From: Octopus bimaculoides
Lineage: Eukaryota
Length of the DNA: 64,000 nucleotides
Direction of reading: 5' to 3'
Assembly (NCBI RefSeq): GCF_001194135.2
Contig: NC_068983.1
Span: 103,824,754 to 103,888,753, forward strand
Shown: positions 1 through 11,779 of the stretch, piece by piece
How positions within the stretch are numbered: the stretch's first letter is position 1
Layout of the letters: every line of letters starts with the position of its first letter
Position numbers and translations under genes: made by a program
Notes under the pieces: model-generated
Told to the model about the DNA's origin: nothing
The model's database searches: none
What the model saw: the letters and a program-made list of their open reading frames with translations, nothing else

Positions 1-24
1 ATATATATATATATATATAAAATA

Positions 25-408
25 TGGGATGAAGTACTGACAAACGAGCTCAGGATGATAAACCTTTTAGGTGAGATGACAAAGGACTGGGATGCCTGGC
101 ACCTTACTGTACTTTGCAGCAGAAGTGTTAAGACCAGTCCCTTTAGTGGTGTAAAGCACTTGTGGCAGTGCTACATAAAAGCGCCTATGTAGTGTCAAGT
201 AAAAGTGCTCATGTGGTGCCACATGAAAGCATCCACCACACTCTGTAAAAATGTTGTCATTAGGAAGAGCACCCAGCCATAAAAACCATGCCAAATCAGA
301 CTGGAGTCTGGTGCAGCTCCCAAGCTTTCCAGCTATGGTCAACCCATCCAATCCATGCCAGCATAGACAACAAATGTTAAATGATGAATATGATGATGAT
401 GATGATGA
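25..408 (+). mobile_element. RTE-type LINE 3' end (degenerate ORF end, 3' UTR and (GAT)n tail)
   Basis: Translates roughly WDEVL..ELRMINLLGEMTKDWDAW, like the ORF end at 5640-5789. It is followed by the shared tail ...ggaagagcacccagc...ccaacccatccaatccatgccagcat...(gat)n. Confidence 0.75.
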
Positions 409-1089
409 TACATTCAAATACATTTTAATTATGGACTCATGGAAGGGGATATAATTAAATGCAGGAAAGGAATAGAGTCAATTAGAAAATGTTCAGTATT
501 TTACTAATGTTTATTTTAATGAAATTGAGAAGAATGAAAAGTAAAATCCTATGGCTTAACATTAAGCCCAACATTCTACTATTATAGCCACCTCAATTAC
601 ACTGTCTCCTTTTATAATGCATACCCATTTATTATATGATGTGAAGCACTAAGGCAAATAATGAGAGCAGAGCAAATGTTCAGAACACATGTTTACTTTA
701 GAACCTTTCCTGATACAAGGATTAGTTACTGAAATGCAAGCATGGCAACCAAGGGAAAGAGATATTACTCATTGAAACCAACTAACTGGGTGCATAAGAT
801 GCTAGTTTGTGACCTAAAATTAAGATTTTTAGACCTGCTAACTTAACATGTTGCTAACCACTAGGATATGTACAGACTGTACATACCATCTATAGTGCTG
901 ATAAAAGATATTAGATATTAGATATCAGGTTGCATTGAAAGTCCTGTCCAATTTTTAGTGTTTATTTAAAAGTACAAACATGATATTTAATACTGTAAAT
1001 TTAATCCTATATGATTTCATTCATTTTCTATCACTTCTCTCCATCTATTCATAAGTCTTTGAATATCTGATTCAAATCATTCCTGGTTT

Positions 1090-2000
1090 TTAAATTAATA
1101 TATATCTATTTAATTCATATTTATGTTTTCCCAGCTAGCCATATTTTTCCCATTTCAATGGTTTTGCAAAGATCTAAACAAGTGGAAGTCTGATAGAGCA
1201 AAGTCTAGAGAATATGGAAGGTGTAGTATTTTTCCACATTTGAACAGTTCCAGAACATTTTTAGTGACTTGTGAGTTGTGAGGTTGAGAATTATCTTCAT
1301 GAAAGATAATCTCTCTGCCGAAAATTAAAGCAGGTTTTTTTCACATCCAAAGCAGTCTTCAGTTGATGATGTTGCTGACAGCAGACTTCAGAAGTGATAG
1401 CTTGATTCAGCCCTAAAAGTTCATATTGAATAATTCCTTCCAGATCCTACCAAACATTCATTAAAGTTTCTTTTGGGTGAAGAACCCTGTTGGCTGTGGC
1501 ACAGGTTTTTGATTTGAGCATAGTCACTGTCTGCAGTGCTTAATATTGCGGTAATGAAGAGTCAAACATTTTACTGATTCAATATTGCAGTAATGAATCT
1601 ATTTCATCTCCAGGCACGAACATGTTTAAAAATGGTACTTGTTAGTTATGTGTATGAATCAACACACATTATTCAAGGCTTTGTTGACAATTTGCTGATG
1701 AAAAAGCTCAGGAACCCATTTCTTTTGAATATTTTCTTAGTTTCTTCAAATGAATATGAATGATCATAATGCTCACGTTAAATTTAGTGGAAAGCTCTTT
1801 CACTGTCACAGCAGGATTCGTTTCAAGTGCTGCTCCTAACATTTCAATATCAAATTTGGAATGATCTAGACCGATCAGGCAAACTGAAATTGCAATGTCT
1901 CTATTTTTCAAACCATTTTCTGCAAATTCTTTCATTCACTGCATTTTGAACTCTAAAACATGTGGAACATTTTTAGCTGCTTTGCTTTCATTAGAACCTT
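1090..2000 (-). mobile_element. Degenerate mariner transposase remnant
   Basis: ORF 1708-1935 is HTH-like (LETNPAVTVKELSTKFNVS..IHIHLKKL). The minus strand near 1160-1220 reads LPYSLDFALSDFHLFRSLQNH, the YSPDL-D motif region. Ends are approximate. Confidence 0.75.
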
Positions 2001-2814
2001 CAAAAACTTGTAAGGCTTAGTTCCATGATGGATTCTTCATGCAATTCATTTGACTGAAAAAATTCTTCAAGGCAATGCTCCAACATGGTCAGGTCTAATG
2101 ACTGAAACAAATAAAAGGTAAAAATATTAAAATGTGGTTGATGCTCTTTGATAACGCTTCATGAAATGGTTATGCTTTAAAGTGAATTTCCCTCCAATAT
2201 TTATAACTTTTACAAAAACAGGTTTCAACTGGTTCATACTCACTATCAAAGAGAACTTTCTGTACAACCTGATACTATTTACTGGCAGTTAAGGATCAGA
2301 ATGATGAGTGCATAGACATATCTGTACACAAGTTGGTTTGTAGACTGTCCCTATGGAGTCTCAAACTGTCCTGGATGCTGTTTTTATTAACAAGATCTAA
2401 AAGTGACAGAAGCACTTTTCATGGCAAGTAACTGACTAAAATTTAGTATTAAGGGAAGACAAATCTACATGTAACTCATCATCATAATCATTATAATTGA
2501 TATCATAGACACCACCACTACAACCACCACCACCACCACCATCACTGTCTTTGGCAACACTGGTGGACGTGGGCACTGTGGGTTGTAGTAGCATTGTTGT
2601 TGTCATCATCATCATCATACATAGAATGAGCAAACACCCCTGGTGTGTGAAACTATGGAATATGCCACATAGAATTATATCTCATCAGTGATATGGTAGT
2701 AAGTAGTTTCCAAACGTTAATATTTGAGATTTTATTACATCTTTGTGTTGGATATATTTAAAATTGTGTGGAAATTCTAAACGTGTAACAGTGAAATAAT
2801 GGATTCTAATTTAA

Positions 2815-3010
2815 GTACAGCACCAGCAATATTGAGGGCAGGGTTCTAGTTGATACCATTGACTCTTTTATACTTGACTAATACTTTATTTTATCAACCC
2901 CAGAGAGATGAAAGGCAAAGTTGGCCCTGGTAGGATTTGAACTTAGAACTAATACTGCAAAGCATTTTTTTACTGATACTGTAATGATTCTGCTAGTTCA
3001 CTGCCTTGGC
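2815..3010 (-). mobile_element. tRNA-headed SINE, family A (degenerate)
   Basis: Contains gaaaggcaaagttggccctggtaggatttgaacttagaac, a variant of the family core gaaaggcaaagtcgacctcggcagaatttgaactcagaac (56581-56620). Confidence 0.7.
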
Positions 3011-3257
3011 AGCAGTGAAGTGATGAACTCCTTTTAACTTGATTTAACATAGACAAATCAATGTACAAACAGAACAATGTAACAACTTTCATTTTTAGTT
3101 TGTTTTCTCTTTAGTATTTCTGATAGGAGACAGTTTGTCTATAGCTCATAAGTCTATTGGAGGGAAAAAAGTATGTTATCTTTTAACTGTTACTTGTTTC
3201 AATCTTTGGACAATGTCCATGTTGGGGCACTATTGTACTTATCAGTTCCTTTTGTAT

Positions 3258-3289
<32 letters not shown>

Positions 3290-3461
3290 GATGGCATACT
3301 CAGCCTATGGAATCCTTACTCAATATGATGATCCACATGCTTGGCTATTCTAAAAACAGGTGTAAGAGATTCTGTATATCTACATTCTCTATCTAAATTA
3401 AATGTCTTTTCAAGTGAATCCAAATGGTTTGCCTTTTCATTTTTACTTTAATCTTTATATA

Positions 3462-3698
3462 CGGGGTGAGTCAAAAGTAGTGCACAGTTTCTGGGAAGTC
3501 ATGCCTTTTCTTGTTGTTTTGCAAGTTATTACTGACAATTTCAAAAGTTACTAAGTCTGAATCATACATCCTTTTATTCATACTCTTTAACATCTCAACC
3601 CATAAAACAAGAATTAGGGGTCAAAAGTATCTCCCAATTGGGAAGTCATACATATTAACCCTAAAACTGGAATTGGGCATTACTTTTGACTCACCCTG
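3462..3698. mobile_element. Tc1/mariner-type MITE (237 bp)
   Basis: TA|CGGGGTGAGTCAAAAGTA at 3460-3479 and TACTTTTGACTCACCCTG|TA at 3681-3700 form 18-bp TIRs with 1 mismatch and TA TSDs. No coding capacity. Confidence 0.85.
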
Positions 3699-3879
3699 TA
3701 TGTATGTATGTATGTATGTATGTATCATTTTAGAACCAATTTCTCAATCATGAAATGCAGGTGATATAGATATTAATTAGATAAATTAGGGTAAGCAGAA
3801 TAATTAATGATTTTGCAGTTCTTTCTAATTAATATCTATCAATAAATTTGGCGAATTAATCTAAGGAAGAAAATATTTG

Positions 3880-4200
3880 GGCAAGTAAGATTTCTGAGAA
3901 AGAAAGATCTTATCTACAAAAGCCTATGTTAGATGAAATGTGTTATCCCAAATCATCAGAAAGACTGCCAAGGCAGATCCTGTTTACATAACTAGCTGAA
4001 GAAGAAAGAAAGCATGGCTGACTGAATCAGCTCTGTGTAAGACATATCTGAGAAAGAAACAAGAAACAGTACAGAATTAATGCTTGGAGGGTGGTGGTTA
4101 ACTAACAATGATCACCAGTGATCAGCAACAGCACAGAAAGACAGATGCTTGCCGTACCCAGGCTCACTCCCGACACCCTGCCTTACTCTGAACATCTAGT
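3880..4200 (+). mobile_element. Old LINE (RTE-like) C-terminal remnant
   Basis: About 3962-4020 reads RLPRQILFT*LAEEERKHG*, resembling the post-RT RxPKQ(I/L)LY.EL..GxR..G motif. Multiple stops. Confidence 0.4.
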
Positions 4201-4701
4201 GTCTTCCCTGTACCAGAACAGTCTAAAAATGATGTTTACTTGTAACAGGCAAAAGAAAAAAAAAGACAAGTATGCTATTATCAAATTTTAACACCTGTAT
4301 GTGTTCAAGTATAAAAGTTTCTCTGTGAAATATATCCGACATCAAAAGAGGCTAAGATATCAGCTTTTAATTCTTTACACAGGAATTATAACAGATAGTT
4401 TCGAGACCTTAAAAAAACGATCTCCCTATGATGTGTTGTTCATGAAAATACCAAATTTTTTTTAATCGTTTGAAAGCGTATCAATAAAACTAACTCATAT
4501 CTTAGACACGCACAACCTATTATTACTTGCTTGAGTTACATATGGCTGAGTTACTGATGCATTGCATTACCAGACAGTTGGTTGCTGGTTAGTACTGTTT
4601 TATTTTATGGCTTCATTACAGGAATATACATGATGTTTTGCAGGTCTTCTAAGACTAGTAAGAGGAAGGGAAGAAGTTACTCACAAGCTAAATATCTGCA
4701 T

Positions 4702-4915
4702 CAGTGGTTCTCAACTGTTTTTTTGTCTATGGACCCTTTTGATCCCTATGTTACTTCAGTGGATTCTCATAACCATTCCATTATTAAAAAAAAATCCTAT
4801 TGTATTTTTATAACTAAATACTATTGGGAATTGTGTATTGTAGAAGTATTATCAACTTACTTCACATAATCTTTCACAATTAAATTTTATATGGATCCTG
4901 GTTGAGAACCACTTG
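4702..4915. mobile_element. hAT-type MITE
   Basis: TIRs CAGTGGTTCTCAAC (4702-4715) and GTTGAGAACCACTTG (4901-4915). The 8-bp flanks atctgcat/cactgcat match at 6 of 8 positions, a TSD-like pair. Confidence 0.75.
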
Positions 4916-5121
4916 CACTGCATGCTTACAATAGAAAGGACTGCTTTAGTGGTATCAAAGGATCAAGTGGTAGCATCAAAACTTGTTATGGATTAAGTGT
5001 AATGTTCATATCAAAGACACTTAGTTATCATTAGCCCAGTTCATTAAAATGTAGATAGTAAATAGGTCTTAAATTATTGCACTGCTAACAATGTTTGGTG
5101 TTATTACTGTTATAATATATG

Positions 5122-5318
5122 ACTGAGTGCTGAAAAATTCTTGACTTTGGATAAAAGAAAATACAAGAGAATCAGTTAATTATGATTTTATCCAACATAT
5201 TCTCCTCTCAGATCCACACAATCATTGCAGCAGTCCTTCAGCTTTTCTAAGCCCTGTAAAAGAACTCAGAAGGTTGGGCATCCATCAGGCCTTTTGCAAT
5301 ATCCTCAAAGCCAGGGAC
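5122..5318. mobile_element. Eroded copy of the adjacent mariner-type MITE
   Basis: Colinear with 5342-5560 (gctgaaaaattc...atcagttaattatgattttatccaacatat...ctaagccctgtaaaagaactcagaaggttgggc). Confidence 0.75.
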
Positions 5319-5341
5319 ATATATATATATACATACATACA

Positions 5342-5560
5342 TGAGGGGATACTGAAAAGTTCCTGAATTTGGGTAAAAGTAAATACAGCAGGGATCAGTT
5401 AATTATGATTTTATCCAACATATTCCCCTTCTCAGATTCACACGCTTATTGTAGTGATCCTTCAGTTTTTCTAAGCCCTGTAAAAGAACTCAGAAGGTTG
5501 GGCCTCCAGCCAGGCCTTTTGCGATACCCTTAAAGCCAGCAACTTTTCAGCACCCACTCA
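5342..5560. mobile_element. Mariner-type MITE (~219 bp)
   Basis: TGAGGGGATACTGAAAAGTTCCTG ... CAGCAACTTTTCAGCACCCACTCA|TA are imperfect TIRs with TA on the right. A third partial copy lies at ~46402-46466. Confidence 0.8.
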
Positions 5561-5599
5561 TACTATCAAGCATATTCATTGATTTTTTTAACCAACATT

Positions 5600-6290
5600 C
5601 TGTGCTATGACAATTGCATACAATTTATTCTTACAATGGAGGAGGATAGCTGCGTGAAAAAGTGCCACACCCTAACAGTTGAGGGAACCCGTGGAAGAAG
5701 TAGGCCCAGGAAGACCTGGGCTGAGGTGGTGAGGCAAGACCTTCGTACATTGGGCCTCACCGAGGCGATGACTACTGACCGAGACCTTTNNNNNNNNNNN
5801 NNNNNNNNNNNNNNNNNNNNNNNNNNNNNNNNNNNNNNNNNNNNNNNNNNNNNNNNNNNNNNNNNNNNNNNNNNNNNNNNNNNNNNNNNNNNNNNNNNNN
5901 NNNNNNNNNNNNNNNNNNNNNNNNNNNNNNNNNNNNNNNNNNNNNNNNNNNNNNNNNNNNNNNTTTTGAGCGTGGCTGTTGCCAGTACCGCCTGACTGGC
6001 TCCTGTAGGATTTTCGAGCGAGATCGTTGCCAGTGCCCCTGGACTGGCTTGTGCGGGTGGCACATAAAAGACACCATTTCGAGCGTGGCCGTTTTCGTGC
6101 GGGTGACACGTAAAAGCACCCACTACACTCTCTGAGTGGTTGGCATTAGGAAGGGCATCCAGCTGTAGAAACTCTGCCAAATCAGACTGGAGCCTGGTGT
6201 TGCCATCCGGTTTCACCAGTCCTCAGTCAAATCGTCCAACCCATGCTAGCATGGAAAGCGGACATTAAACGATGATGATGATGATGATGA
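5600..6290 (+). mobile_element. RTE-type LINE 3' end spanning a gap
   Basis: EEDSCVKKCHTLTVEGTRGRSRPRKTWAEVVRQDLRTLGLTEAMTTDRDL carries the G.R..GRPR.TW...V..DL motif of RTE ORF ends. It is followed by a gap, an internally repetitive 3' UTR and a (GAT)n tail. Confidence 0.85.
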
Positions 6291-6609
6291 ATGTGTGCAG
6301 ACAGAAAAAGGAGGAACAAGTAACTGTAAACATTTTGATTCCTTTTGGTGTCTTTATCAGCATTTGTATATTTGCATATCACTTTAACTACCCACAAACA
6401 TATTGCATATAAACTAATTAATATCAGAGGTTCAAATAAATTGGATAGATCAACTTGCACTTCACTTTTGTAGTGAAGAGATTAAACATTAAATCACTGG
6501 TGTTAAGAGTGTTGGCCAAACAGCCTATAAGTAGTAACTTGATAATGTTCAATCTTACTGCTACAAAATTGTTAAATATTGAAATTAGCCTGTCCAGTAC
6601 ACTACTCTA

Positions 6610-6830
6610 ATATTGGTTTCAAATTTTTGGCACAAGGCCAGAAACTTCAGGGGAAGAGGTAAATCGATTGTATCGACTCCTGTGATAAACTGGTACTTAT
6701 TTTATCGACCCCAAAAGGATGAAAGGCAAAGTCAACCTCGGCAGAATTTGAACTCAGAACATAAAGACAAACATAATGCAGCTAAGCAATTTGCCTGGCA
6801 TGGTAAAGATTCTGCCAGCTTGCTGCCTTA
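6610..6830 (-). mobile_element. SINE family A
   Basis: Core gaaaggcaaagtcaacctcggcagaatttgaactcagaac at 6721-6760. Confidence 0.85.
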
Positions 6831-6858
6831 AATTTTTACCTCTAGTATTAATGGGTAT

Positions 6859-7290
6859 GTATAGGGTGGTGAGCTAGCAGAATCATCAGCATGCTGGGCA
6901 AAATGCTTAGAAGTATTTCATTCATATTTACATTCTGAGTTCAAATTCTACTACGGTTGACTTTGCCTTTTATCCTTTCAGGGTTGATAAAATAAGTACC
7001 AGTTGAGCACCAGGGTCGATGTAATCGACTTACCCGACCTCTCACAAAATTGCTGACCTTGTGCCAAAATCTGAAATCAGTATTAATGGGTATATAAAGG
7101 TGGCAAGCTGCCAAAATTGTTAGCATGCCAGGCAAAATGCTTAGTGGCATTTCATCTATCTTTATGGTCTGAATTCAAATTTAACCAAGGTCAACTTTAC
7201 CTTTCAACCTTATGGGGTTGATAAATAAGTACCAGTTGACTTGTCCCCTCCTCTGAAATTGCTGGCCTTGTGCCAAAATTTGAAATCAAT
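6859..7290 (+). mobile_element. Two head-to-tail SINE family A copies
   Basis: Heads ggtggtgagctagcagaatc (6865) and ggtggcaagctgccaaaatt (7099), B-box-like gagttcaaatt/gaattcaaatt, and the common tail ccttgtgccaaaat(c/t)tgaaatc. Confidence 0.85.
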
Positions 7291-7816
7291 ATTAATGGGT
7301 ATATATTCATGTATGTTTGTGGATAGTTGAAGTGGTACACAGCCATTGATGAAGACTTCAATACAAGTTGATGCAGGTGTATGGCTATTCACCCTTTTTC
7401 TTTCTGCACATATATGGTACATACATGGGACATACATGTCATTAACACATTGTGCGGGTTAAGAAAAAAAACCTTGTAGATATATTCTATAGTACTTTAT
7501 AGTCATAGATAAAGTTCATCATTTGGAAAAACAGACAACTGCATCAATAAATAATATCATGTTATAGCTTGTACAGCTGAGGAGAATTCATATAAGATGC
7601 TTCATTTAAAATGACTTCTACAACTTATCTATATTACTACAGAGATCCTTTTTTAAGCACAAGGGATTCCAACCCTAAAGCTAGTTTAGAGGTAGATAAG
7701 GGTTCTCTGTGTTTTACACTTGATGACTTTTTGGTGAAAATCTATTTTCTTTAGAAATCTAAATTTAATTCAATTTTCTTATGAGAGCTGGTTCAGCAAG
7801 TAAAGGGATATATTAA

Positions 7817-8019
7817 CCCTTTAGCATTCAGGTAATTTATTCATATTGTTCTGAATTTATCCTTCCTGCATTATCTTTTAACCTTGGGATTTTGATGATG
7901 TGATTGTCTATGTTCAAAATGATAGTCTAGGGTAGGTAGGAGAGGCCAAATCTGGCCAATTTGAACATAAAGCAAGTAGAATATTTTGGCCAGATATGGT
8001 TGGTTTAAATGTTAAAGGG
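7817..8019. mobile_element. piggyBac-like MITE with TTAA TSD (203 bp)
   Basis: TTAA|CCCTTTAGCATT ... AATGTTAAAGGG|TTAA gives a 12-bp TIR with 1 mismatch and TTAA at 7813-7816 and 8020-8023. Same family as 38726-39862. Confidence 0.85.
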
Positions 8020-8142
8020 TTAAAAGTTTTGTTATAATGTAATTCTGAGCTTCATATGCCTTTCTTGAAGCCCTGTTCGGAACCCATTAGTGCTTCAGCC
8101 CTTATAAGATCAATAAAATATAGTGCTGGTAATATAATGGTA

Positions 8143-8492
8143 AAAGGATAAGGGTAAAAACCCTCTTAAGTCATGAATGACCATGGGATTGCACCTAGAA
8201 AGTTACCCTCTGAGGCACAAGTCCGGGTGTGGTTGTTTATGGAAGACCAGCAGTCACCCATGCATACCAGCCTCCTCTCTCCATACTACCGATGTTATCC
8301 AAGGGAAGGCAAAGGCCAATACAGCTTGGCACCAGTGATGTTACAACTCATTTCTACAGATGAGTGAACTGGAGCAACATAAAAGAAAAGTGACTTACTC
8401 AAGAGCACAACACACAGCCTGGTCCAGGAATTGAACTCATAACCTCATGATTGTGAGCTTGATGCTCTAACCATTGAGCCATGCACCTTCAC
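8143..8492 (-). mobile_element. Full-length tRNA-headed SINE, family D
   Basis: Perfect 12-bp TSD aatataatggta at 8131-8142 and 8493-8504. The minus-strand head has A-box-like tggctcaatgg and B-box-like gagttcaattcc. A second copy lies at ~49400-49721. Confidence 0.85.
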
Positions 8493-8690
8493 AATATAAT
8501 GGTATCAAATCGATTAATTATAAATTCTTTCTCTCAAGGAGAAAAGAGCTTGAATTTAGATTTTACTATTATTTTGATCAAACTTAAGAATACTATCAGT
8601 GTTTAGTAACAGTGTGTGTGTGTGTGTGTGAGAGAGAAAGAGAGAGGGAAATGGAAAGAGAGAGAAATGGAAAGAGAGAGATAGTGTGTA

Positions 8691-8740
8691 TGTGAGCATG
8701 TGTGCATATATGTGAGCATGTGTGCATATATGTGAGCATG
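8691..8740. repeat. 20-bp minisatellite (2.5 units)
   Basis: tgtgagcatgtgtgcatata is repeated directly. Confidence 0.9.
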
Positions 8741-9361
8741 TTTTTGTGTATCTATATTTGCATGCATACAAAGTGACATGTGCAGCAGTTTGGCAGCCAG
8801 TGCTGAGTAAATCTGCTATTTCACTTATATTATCAAAACCTCTGGAAACCACACAAAAATCACAACTTCTCATTTTTCATGCCTATATTAGAAACATTAC
8901 TACTTAAATGCAAATGTAACAACAACAAAAAAAATTAAAATTTGGGCCAAAATTCGGTGAAACTTTTGAACATTGTATGTACAAGTTTTAAATTGTGTCT
9001 GTTGAATAAACATTGTAAGCTTTATTTCATATATTTGTTTAAGTAATTAGAGACTTTTGATACTGGAATTTGATCTGGCTGAAAATCCTTTATGTGCAAA
9101 AATACATATAACCATGAGTAGTTTGATTAAAAACACACTTTATGTGGTAGGCTTAACACACTTCTCAATTTAATACTGTTACTTAATCCGTGGGTTCTTT
9201 TTGTGAAGTTCATTCAGTTGCAACCATTCTGATCAAATTTCCATATTTTTGTTGCGGACATTGACCTGGAAATGTTCAGGATGGACATCGACACAACATA
9301 GAAGGCCTGCAAAGATCATTGGCATGGATCCTCCTCCTTTGACAAACTCAAATATGAAGGG

Positions 9362-9747
9362 GATGATGATGATGAGGATAACAACGATCATAAAAACAAC
9401 AATGACGACAACAATGACGACGACGATGACAACGATGATGATGAAGAATGATGATGACGACATCGATGACAATGAGGATAACAACAATGATGAAGATGAT
9501 GATGATGACGATGATGACGATGATGACGATGATGGTTTCAAGTTTTGGCATAAGGCCAGTAATTTCAAGGGTAGAAGTAAGTCGTTTACATCAACTGTTG
9601 TGCTCAACTCATACCTATTTTATTGACTCCAAAAGGATGAAAGGCAAAGTCAGCCTCAGCAAAATTTGAACTCAGAACATGAAGATGGATGAGGTAGTGC
9701 TAAGCATTTTGTCCAGCATGCTAATGGTTCTGCCAGCTCACCACCCA

Positions 9748-9800
<53 letters not shown>

Positions 9801-9852
9801 TGATGATGATGAGGAGGAGGAGGAGGAGGAGGGATGATGATGATGATAATAG

Positions 9853-9886
<34 letters not shown>

Positions 9887-9900
9887 AACAACAACAATAA
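9362..9900. repeat. Compound (GAT/GAC/AAC)n and (AAT/GAT/GAG)n microsatellites around a SINE A copy (9534-9748, minus)
   Basis: Read directly; this is the source of the poly-D/M/I/Y ORFs in the track. Confidence 0.9.
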
Positions 9901-11590
9901 AAATGTAAATGTGCAAAAGCTACCTTTATCAAAAGGAAAATGATAGAAACATCCAATGTTAACTTTGACCAACAGAATGTCATAAAGAACCAGTGGAGAG
10001 CTACAAATACCTAGGGGAATTTGAAGGTGATGGAATCAAACATTCAATGATGAGGGAAAGGATCAGAAAAGAATGTTATCATAGTTAAGGGCAAAACTCA
10101 AGACAGAGCTGAATGCAATAAGCAGGATCAGAGCGATCAATACTTTAGCCATACCAGTCATGACTTACAGTTTCAATATCATTAACTGGTCAATTACTGA
10201 GATATGTAATCTTGACAGAAAAATATGAAAATTGTTGACAATGCATGGAATGCACCACCCTAAGGCAGATATAGAACGACTTTACCTGCCAAGAAAAGAG
10301 GGAGGCCATGGACTTTTACAACTGGAATTAACAATGAAGATTGTCACAATTGGTCTAAACACCTACCTATCATACTCAGTAACAAAACAGGCCCAGAAAT
10401 ATCTCAGTGAATTCCAAATACAACAATTCCCAGAATTAGACATACTGGAAACAAGCACAGGAAAAGCTAAGCATATGAAAACCTGTGCTAAAACTGCTGC
10501 CTTAGATATTCTTATTGATAAACGGCAAGAAAAACCTCTGAATGGCAAATACCCAAAGAGAACTAATAATGCCAATGTTGACAAAGCCCTTACCCATCAA
10601 TGGTTAGTGTCTTCTGGTTTAAAATCAGAAACAGAAGGGTTTATCATAGCAGCCCAAAACCAATGCCTATCTACAAAGAGCTACCAGGCCAACATATTAA
10701 AGAATGGCAGTCGCCCAACATGTGTATGTAAACAACAAAATGAAACCATTGATCATGTTGTCTCCATCTGCAGTCTTCTTGCGCCTACAGAATATCTTAA
10801 CAGGCATGATAGAACTGCACAATATATTCATTGGATTATTTGCAAAAACCTGGACCTGCCCCACGATAAAAACTGGTGGGAACACAAACCACCACCAGTG
10901 CTTAAAAATGATCACATCTCACTCCTCTGGAACTTCACCATTCAAACTGACAGAACGACAGCTTCGAATAGGCCAGACATAGTANNNNNNNNNNGAACGA
11001 CAGCTTCGAATAGGCCAGACATAGTATTGAAAGACTTCAGACAAAAATCATGCCTTCTCATTGATATGACTGTCCCAATCAACATAAATGTATCTGTCAA
11101 GACCTACCAAAAACTAAGCAAGTACAAACATCTTGAAATAGAAATTGGCAAAATGTGGAACCTCAAGACTAAAACAATACCTGTTGTCATAGGTGCCCTA
11201 GGAATGATAGCAAAAAGGGACGATTGCTACCTAGCTCAGATACCAGGAAACCCCAAAATGGCAGAAATTCAAAAGATAGTTCTAATGGGAACTACCCATA
11301 TCCTACGTAAAATACTGTCTNNNNNNNNNNCAGAAATTCAAAAGATAGTTCTAATGGGAACTACCCATATCCTACGTAAAATACTGTCTATGTAATTTCA
11401 AATTTTAAAACAAACTTATAATTTTCTTATATTTTCTTAAACATTCTCTTGGAACAATACCTTGTGTAAAACCAAATATATGGCACCCTAGGCATAACAC
11501 CAACTTGAACTTCTAACTTGTTGTCTCTTGAGGTCTCTGGGTGAGACTTGGAGTCAACTTGTACAAATACAAAGCAAAAATCAAGCAAAT
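9901..11590 (+). mobile_element. 5'-truncated R4/Dong-like non-LTR retrotransposon (RT C-terminus, CCHC knuckle, restriction-like endonuclease)
   Basis: ORF 10232-11395 contains HPKADIERLYLPRKEGGHGL, THQWLVSSGLKSETEGFIIAAQNQ, CVC..QNETIDHVVSIC, RHD, NRPDIV..LIDMTVP..KLSKY and PVVIGALG. Upstream sequence has YKYLG (~10005). The 3' UTR ends caagcaa(ataata). The internal X blocks are gap-flanking duplications. Confidence 0.9.
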
Positions 11591-11612
11591 AATAATAATG
11601 ATGATGATGATT

Positions 11613-11688
<76 letters not shown>

Positions 11689-11712
11689 GTAGTAGTAGTA
11701 GTAGTAGTAGTG
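11588..11712. repeat. Compound (AAT)(GAT)(CAT)(TAT)(TAG)n microsatellite
   Basis: Read directly. Confidence 0.9.
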
Positions 11713-11779
11713 GAAATAAGAAGGTCAAGCTTATGTAGGATGGACAATTGCAAAGATAAAGCACTGTACAAGCACTTGA

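Noticed and set aside
2222-2430. Other exon-like segments: 2222-2287/2344-2422(+), 8770-8841(-), 23775-23857(+), 36716-36777(+) and ~62653-62720(+)
   Set aside because: They have plausible splice signals and short open frames, but fall on both strands, cannot be chained in phase and give no recognisable protein. Without RNA data they are indistinguishable from background.
4187-4222. 36-nt minus-strand micro-exon (tttttag|...|gtaagg; CSGTGKTLDVQ or LFWYREDTRCS)
   Set aside because: It overlaps a probable LINE remnant on the opposite strand, the P-loop resemblance is incomplete, and such signals arise by chance.
9233-9983. Poly-D/M/I/Y/H ORFs here and at 11427-11771, 14171-14548, 16309-16615, 27877-28286, 45515-45832, 50025-50411 and 58292-58676
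   Set aside because: They are translations of trinucleotide and dinucleotide microsatellites, open only because the repeats lack stop codons.
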